Below are positions 56,490-64,000 of a stretch of 64,000 nt of DNA, piece by piece. The stretch is from NCBI GenBank assembly GCA_951406725.2, contig OX597821.1:29326001-29390000 (forward strand), given 5' to 3'. The translations under genes and the position numbers were made by a program. The DNA is from Octopus vulgaris (taxonomy: Eukaryota). Below the pieces are notes generated by a model, which had not been told where the DNA came from, did not search any database, and saw only the letters and a program-made list of their open reading frames with translations. Position 1 is the stretch's first letter; each line of letters begins with the position of its first letter.

Positions 56490-56876
56490 GTATGTATGTA
56501 TGATAGTTATATCATCACCACTATCATTGTTTTAACAACCACTATTCCATCATGCATACATGTAACAGATGTAATATCAGGTTTTCTACAGCCTCGTGTT
56601 CTTCCTGTAGATAACCCTCATTAGTTTCCAACAAGATACTATTTCCCCATGACCAGATACTGGAATTTTGGAAACAAGTGACACTCATTTACAGCTATTA
56701 CACAAATGTAAAGACAAGGATGCTCAAAGATATAGACACACCCAGACATAGATATATTATCATCATCATTATTTTAGGATGTACTTTTCCATGATTGCAA
56801 GGATTAGATACAATTTACTGAAACAGATTTTCTACAGCTGGATGCCTCACTTGTCAACAATTCTCACTCATTACCA

Positions 56877-57140
56877 CATCATCATCATCATCATCGTTTA
56901 ACGTCCATTTTCCATACTAGCATGGGTTGGACGGTTCGACCGGGGTCTGGGAAGCCTGGAGGCTGCACCAGGCTCCAGTCTGATCTGGTAGTGTTTCTAC
57001 AGCTGGATGCCCTTCCTAACGCCAACCACTCCGTGAGTGTAGTGGGTGCTTTTTACGTGCCACTGGCACAGGAGCCAGTGGAGGCTTTTAGCTGCCACGA
57101 TCAGTTGGTGCCTTTTACCTGCCACCAGCACAGAAGCCAC
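56877..57140 (-). mobile_element. Family D retroposon
   Basis: (CAT)n-CGTTTAACGTCC...CATGGGTTGGACGG...CTGGATGCCCTTCCTAACGCCAACCAC...; about two internal repeat units. Confidence 0.85.
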
Positions 57141-57519
57141 ATAATAATATTTCCCCCAAAGTCAAAGAGGCACAAGTACACATATACACACGCATGAACA
57201 TATAGAAAATATAGGGCTTCTTTCACTTTCCATCTACCAAATTCATTCACAAGGCTTATTTTGCCTAGGGCCATAGAAAATACAGTTGCTCAAGGTGGTA
57301 TGCAGTAAAACTGAACTTAAAGACATACCTTTGGGAAGCATACCGCTAAGCTATACAACCATGATTGTGCCTATTCAATCATGTCTGCAACACATGCCCA
57401 TATGAATGTACATGCATATATAAATATAAACATGGTCTTTATAAACACACACATACACATGCACACACATACGATAGTTTTATGTAAACACACTAGCACA
57501 CACAGACACACACACACAC

Positions 57520-57868
<349 letters not shown>

Positions 57869-58235
57869 GTAAGTATGTCTGTATTTATGCATATTTGTAA
57901 TATGTGCGGACGTATAATGAGAGTGAATACATCTGAATAAATTGAATCATGAAAGCCAGAAATAGTAAAGAAAGGTTTAAAAAAAAAATACACATGTGGA
58001 GCTGTATATGATGTGCTTTAGCATATGTGTAGATATATATATTAGCTATGTTTATAAATTATATTCATACATACATACATGGTGTTTGTATATATAAGTA
58101 CATATACACACACATATAAAGATACGCACTCACATAAGGGCAATTAGAAATTAGCGAAAGAATAAGAATACAGAAAGTGAGAAGCCCAGAAAGAGATAGG
58201 CAGAAAATACAGTACACAGAGGGAAGATGTGTTCA

Positions 58236-58280
<45 letters not shown>

Positions 58281-58340
58281 TTGCACATGTATTTGCATGT
58301 GTGTGCACATAAATGTATGAGCCTATATCTATGTGTGTGA

Positions 58341-58385
<45 letters not shown>

Positions 58386-58442
58386 CATATAGATACAGAT
58401 ATATATACAGATATATATATATATACAGATATATATATATAC

Positions 58443-58485
<43 letters not shown>

Positions 58486-58968
58486 CATGTGTACATATGT
58501 AGTATGGAGAGAGTGGTAGGGAAGGAGGAAGAAAGAGAGACATTGAATTAAATCCCATTTACTTAAACTGTCTCCAAGACTGGAGAGTTCCTGCTCTGAA
58601 TTACTTTCGCTGAGTGATTTTCTCTAGTTACATCTATAAACAATGGACATTAGGTTAAGTGGCTTGTCTTCGGCAGCAAGAACAACAACAACAAAGGCAA
58701 ATAGGAGAAACTGTGGTAACAACAATAACAAGAACAAGATAAACAACTTTTAAAAAATCTCAAAACCACAACATTGACGCCAACAACAACGAGAACACTG
58801 CTGCCGCCAATCTCAACCAAAACATCGGCACCACCAACACTGGTAACAACAAGAATCTCAATATTATTATTATTATTAATGCTAACAACAACAACAAGAG
58901 GAATCTCAACCACAGCATTATTGCCACCAACACTAACAACAAGAGCAATTTCTACCATTTCTACCATA

Positions 58969-59128
58969 GGCATAGGAGTGGCTGTGTGGTAAGTAGCTTG
59001 CTTACGAACCACATGGTTCCAGGTTCAGTCCCACTGCATGGCACCTTGGGTAAGTGTCTTCTACTATAGCCTCGAGCCGACCAAAGCCTTGTGAGTGGAT
59101 TTGGTAGACGGAAACTGAAAGAATACCA

Positions 59129-59159
<31 letters not shown>

Positions 59160-59214
59160 GTGCGTGTTTGTGTGTCTGTGTTTGTCCCCCCAACATCGCT
59201 TGACAACAGATGCT
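58969..59214 (+). mobile_element. Family A SINE, 3'-truncated
   Basis: Runs from the head GGCATAGGAGTGGCTGTGTGG to ...TTGACAACAGATGCTG. Confidence 0.9.
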
Positions 59215-59217
59215 GTT

Positions 59218-59443
59218 TGTGTTTCAGTCATTTGACTGTGGCCATGCTGGAGCAAACACAAACATACACACACACACACACAACGGGCTTCTTTCAGTTT
59301 CCGTCTACCAAATCCACTCACAAGGCTTTGGTCGACCCGAGGCTATAGCAGAAGACACTTGCCCAAGGTGCCACGCAGTGGGACTGAACCCGGAACCATG
59401 TGGTTTGTAAACAAGCTACTTACCACACAGCCACTCCTACGCC
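59218..59443 (-). mobile_element. Family A SINE, internally deleted, tail-to-tail with the previous copy
   Basis: The tail GTTTCAGTCATTTGACTGTGGCCATGCTGGAGCA is joined directly to the (CA)n tract and head ...CCACTCCTACGCC. Confidence 0.9.
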
Positions 59444-59517
59444 TACTGTCACCAACAATAACAAAATGACATTGGTCAGAAAACTGGTGGCAGTGGCATT
59501 AACTCATATTTGTGTAG

Positions 59518-59910
59518 TTAATCTGTAGCAAGTGACTGAGCCTCTTCATCCTGATGGATGTGAAGGGGGCCAGTGCCTGATGAGCCAGGAGAATTTATTG
59601 CAGGAGGAGGGTTGGTGAGGGATTTGGAAATGCTTGTCACTCTTTGCATCTTTGACGTCTGGTTCAATCCCATCAGGTCCATTCCCTCGACGATGACATG
59701 CTGCCACTTCAGGCAGTCCTTGGCAATTGTTTCCCAAGTATCTGGGTCGATGGCGTAGCAGAGGAGAGTGTCCTTGAGCTGGTCTTGGAAACAGAATTTG
59801 GGAGCTCCACATAGTCTGGTGCCTGAGGTTAACTCTGCAAAGAGGAGTTGATGGGGGAGGCACATTTGAGATATATGTAGGATGTGCCCCAACCAGTGGA
59901 GACAGTGTCA
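59518..59910 (-). mobile_element. RTE (BovB-like) LINE ORF C-terminal fragment, decayed
   Basis: HWLGHILHISQMCLPHQLLFAELTSGTRLCGAPKFCFQDQLKDTL...IDPDTWETIAKDCLKW fits the RTE pattern W.GH..R....LP.QL..GEL..G.R..G.P..R..D.LK. Confidence 0.82.
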
Positions 59911-60614
59911 CAAAACAGCTACCTTTTATATTATTTTTTTTTTTCTCTTTTATTAGTGTTAGCTATTGGACTGCAGCCATGCTAGGGTACTGCCTAGAAT
60001 GATTATTAGTCAAACAAATTGACTCCACTAGTTAAAGCTGGTACTGATTTTACCAATTTCATTTGCTGAAATGCTAAGTCACAGGAATGTAATCAAACTA
60101 ATGTCAGTTGCCCAAAGTGTCATACAATGGGACTGAACTAAAAAACCATGTGGGTAGAAAGTAAACTTCTTATGACAAAGCCATACCAGCACCATGAGCA
60201 ACAATAACAACAGAAGCTTCAGAGTTGTCAATCAACCGGCAAGAAATAGCAGCCACATTCTCTAATCTCAAAAATATTCTCATATAAAATAAAGAAAATA
60301 TTTTCTAATGCAGCCCTGGACATATGAAATGACAGAAGTTCATCAAAGCTGCAAACTTGTTGATAATGCGAGGCATAAAATCACTGCCCAACCTCAACAT
60401 AACAAATAACAATTATACCATCAACTGACCACCATCACTAACATCACAACCTCAAACTAAACACATTATGAAGGATAACAGCTATCATTTGTGTTGCTTT
60501 CGTTCTTGTGCTGTCACTGCAAATGACAAAGCTAGACATTTGGACACGTACACTCAAATAAGACAAACAAGTGAACATATATATAGTGATCAATATTACA
60601 AAATATATATTTTT

Positions 60615-60842
60615 TTATCTGTTTCCCTCATTAGACTGTAACTATGCTGGGATATCTTCTTTAAGACTTTAAAAACATTTAGTCAAAGGAATCAATCTCA
60701 GTACATTGTTTTTTTAAGCCTGGTACTTATTCTATCGGTCTCTTTTTGCCAAATCACTAAGTTATAGGGACGTGAACAAACCAGCACCTATTGTCAAGCA
60801 GTGATAGGGGATGAACACAGACACACAGTCACACACACACAG

Positions 60843-60876
<34 letters not shown>

Positions 60877-61060
60877 CTAGATAGATAGATAGATAGATAG
60901 ATAATAGGCTTCTTTTAGTTTCCATCTATCAAATTCACTCACAAGGCTTTGGTTGGCCCAAGACTATAGAAGAAGACACTTGCCCAAGCTGCTACACAGT
61001 GTGAGTGATCCCAGAATCATGTGGTTGGGTAGTAAGCCTCTTATTACACTGCCATACCAT
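60615..61060 (-). mobile_element. Diverged family A SINE, full length
   Basis: GGTACTTATTCTATCGGTCTCTTTTTGCC...internal (TA)(GA)(GATA) tract...CACTCACAAGGCTTTGG...AGAAGACACTTGCCCAAG. Confidence 0.75.
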
Positions 61061-61186
61061 ATATATAGTTCACCCAGTGTGAGCATACAAAAATGTTATG
61101 ATGACAATGATGGTAGTTATATCAGTTTGCTTGAGAGTACTAGTAGTAGCACGAAAGATAGCCCAGCTTGTATCATGGCCAGGTCA

Positions 61187-61552
61187 TCTCTATATATATA
61201 AACGGCAAAATGTCTGTGTGTGTGTCCTTTATACAAATCGACAATTTTTCAGTTAGAGGGCTCGCACTTTCTATGGTCATTCAAAACCGTCCAAGGGTGG
61301 TCGTGCACATCTTTGCATTTCCCCAGTCACCCCGTAAAGCCATTAAAAAAAATCAATAGAAGTGACTTTTTTGTGAATTTTCTATCCAAAACCCAATCAA
61401 AATGCCCGAAACTTGATACGCCAATTGAATGCCAGCTAGCTGTATGTGATTGGTCAGAGATTTGGATAGTACTCGCATGTATGTGCACACACACGCAGCT
61501 GTATATGCATGCACTAGCACTATGACCCGGCGTTGCCAGGTGATAGTGCTAG
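61187..61552 (+). mobile_element. Non-autonomous Helitron
   Basis: Starts TC(TCTATATATATAAACGG) after an A and ends CTAG before a T, with no TSD. Subterminal GC hairpin ACCCGGC-GTT-GCCAGGT. Confidence 0.82.
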
Positions 61553-62670
61553 TCAGTAACTAAACCATTTTCTCCCACATTGATAGGTTGATTAGAAAGA
61601 TAGCTAGAAGCTCAACAAGACAAAAGGAGAGACAATGCTGTCAAGGAGAAGAAGCCACCGTAAAGTCAACAACTATTTAGCAATATAATAAGGACCTAAA
61701 ATATCAGGTTGGTGTTCAGCACACATTAAAACCATTGAAAGTGGCACTCCTTACCCTTATTAAAGCATGTCTCTGATATAAAACCTGAGATGTACTGTTT
61801 AGGAAGTTTTGACACAGCATGCGCAACTTTTCTACTGTTAGCTTCCCCCAAGGAGTTCAGTTGGTCATACACAAACCTTGATTACTATAATCAAATCATT
61901 TGCGTGGGATCATCATCACCAACACATATATGTGTATGTGTGTGTGTACAGACTGTTTTAATTTAACGTCCAATTGTGCATGCTTTTTGGGTCACATAGA
62001 TTTCATTAAGGCGGATTTCTTGGAAACAGATGGTCTATCTGTTACTAATCCTCATTTGGGGCCAGGTAAGGTAAAATTTCCCCCATAGTCAGGTATGTTT
62101 TCACAGAAAACAGGAAATGAAAGATACTGCTTATATGACAGTGACATTCATTTGCAATTAACCAAGTGATATCAAGATAAAGAAAGACACATATATGCAC
62201 ATGCATTACAGGTTGCTTTCAGTTACGATCTTCTAAATCCTCTCACAAGCCAGTGGGTTATAGAAAACAGTTGGCCAAGATGCCATGCAGTGGGTTTAAA
62301 CCCAAAACCACATGGTTGAGAACTATACACACATACCTGTAAATAATGCACAATGTACTTCTTGACATAAATCTCAGCTCCTCTAAGAACGAGATAATTC
62401 TTCATTTGAAGAGTTCAATGAATAATTAAAAGTTAATTAACGCTAATGAGACAATGCCAATCCGAAGGAAATAGAATGGAATGGAAAATCTGCAAACATC
62501 ACAGAAAGCTTAATATTTGCATGCTGTGCATAGATACATACACACACATGCATGCTTACACACACACACACACACACTGTATAAATTATATTAATCTCTC
62601 ACATGACAGAGTACTATTTTTTGTTGACTACATCAATAATGGAAGAGTAAATTTTATATATATATATATA

Positions 62671-63236
62671 TCATCATCATCATCATCATTGTAGTTTAGC
62701 GTCCGCTTTCCATGCTGGCATGGGTTGGACGGTTTGACTGTGGACTGGTGAACCAGAGGGCTGCACCAGACTCAATCTGATCTGGCAAAATTTCTACAGC
62801 TGGATGCCCTTCCTAACGCCAACCACTCCAAGAGTGTAGTGGGTGCTTTTACGTGCCACCGACACAAAGGCGGTTCTGGCAATGACCACGCTCAAAAGGT
62901 ATTTTTTTACATGCTACCTGCATGGGAGCCAGTCCGGTGGCACTAGCAGCGACCACGCTCAAATGTTGTTTTTTCACATGCCGCAGGCACATGTGCCGGT
63001 AAGGCGACACTGGCAATGATCACACTCAAATCCTGCTTTTTACATCCCACTGGCACGGAAGCCAATCCGTGGCCCTAGCAATGATCAAGCTCGGACATGC
63101 TTTGCATGTTCTACTGGTACTCGTGCCAATCAGGCGGTACTGTCATCGGCCACATCAGCGAGTTTTGATTTGATTTCACTTGCCTCACTAGGTCTTTACA
63201 AACAAGGATTATTGTCCAATGAATGAGGGGTACTTA
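62671..63236 (-). mobile_element. Family D retroposon, long copy with an internal ~55-68-bp minisatellite (about 5 units)
   Basis: (CAT)n tail and conserved CATGCTGGCATGGGTTGGAC. Units ...TTTTACGTGCCACC...GGCAATGACCACGCTCAAA repeat over 62842-63150. Confidence 0.82.
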
Positions 63237-63239
63237 TAT

Positions 63240-63278
63240 AGATAGATGGACAGACAGACAGGCAGATAGATAGATAGG

Positions 63279-63324
<46 letters not shown>

Positions 63325-63325
63325 C

Positions 63326-63424
<99 letters not shown>
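63240..63424. repeat. (GATA)n microsatellite
   Basis: Visible directly. Confidence 0.97.
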
Positions 63425-64000
63425 TATCGTTGCTATTATATTAAATTGCCGTATGCCCAAATTTGGCCAAATTAAGTTTTTTCAATATTCATTTTTCCTT
63501 GCAATAGCAGGTTCTTTTAATCAAACTGCCGTATCTCCAGCCGCTTCAGAAGCCAAGATATCAAAAATTATCAAAGTGTAGTACAACAGTTTTACTATGG
63601 AATGGTGAAACAATTTTTTTCACTTTCTGAAAAAGCAATGTTTTGAACTTACAACACCTTTGCATAGTAATCGTATATATGCATGAGTAAACTAACGAAG
63701 GTGGCAAGGCGTAATATAAAACCAAAAAGCAAATACTCAATTGTCACTAATAGAGACTGAGGGTGCAGGGTAGCACCTACATTGCTAGAAACAAGAGTCA
63801 AAGACATTTATAGCCACAAAAGGCACAATGTTTATGTACTGACAGGAGAGACAACCATCCCACAGCAAGCGAGGCCACTATACTAGCTGGCTAGTTTTGC
63901 TTGGAATTAACGCTCATCAGTAGTGATCACTCCAATGCTGATTATATATATATATATATATATATAGCCATCAATACCTACCATCTCTGTCTCTGAAGAG

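Noticed and set aside
63430-63700. Possible DNA-transposon terminal fragment
   Set aside because: No second terminus, TSD or second copy is visible in the window.

Overview
AT-rich, microsatellite-saturated eukaryotic DNA that is intronic or intergenic in character. The repeat types (tRNA-headed SINE families, long (TA)n/(CA)n tracts, RTE, CR1 and Tx1 LINE fragments, Tc1/mariner relics) suggest a cephalopod, probably Octopus; that assignment is inference. I found no confident host protein-coding gene, and nearly all long ORFs in the track are translations of (TA)n/(CA)n. Protein-like sequence is transposon-derived: one uninterrupted 5'-truncated CR1-group RT ORF (39962-41152, minus), two decayed Tc1/mariner elements with TIRs, and RTE, CR1 and Tx1 3' fragments. 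Non-coding mobile elements include about six SINE-like families, a hAT MITE with a perfect 8-bp TSD and a non-autonomous Helitron. The most interesting item is a ~1-kb fold-back (9448-10431) carrying a type I hammerhead-ribozyme motif of the Penelope-like-element (PLE) kind with an unusually long stem II. Other points of interest are several long palindromes beside (TA)n tracts, a SINE whose 3' tail resembles a Tx1/L1 LINE tail, and tiny retro-tail insertions within microsatellites. A few minus-strand exon candidates are listed at low confidence. Family letters A-G are my own working labels.
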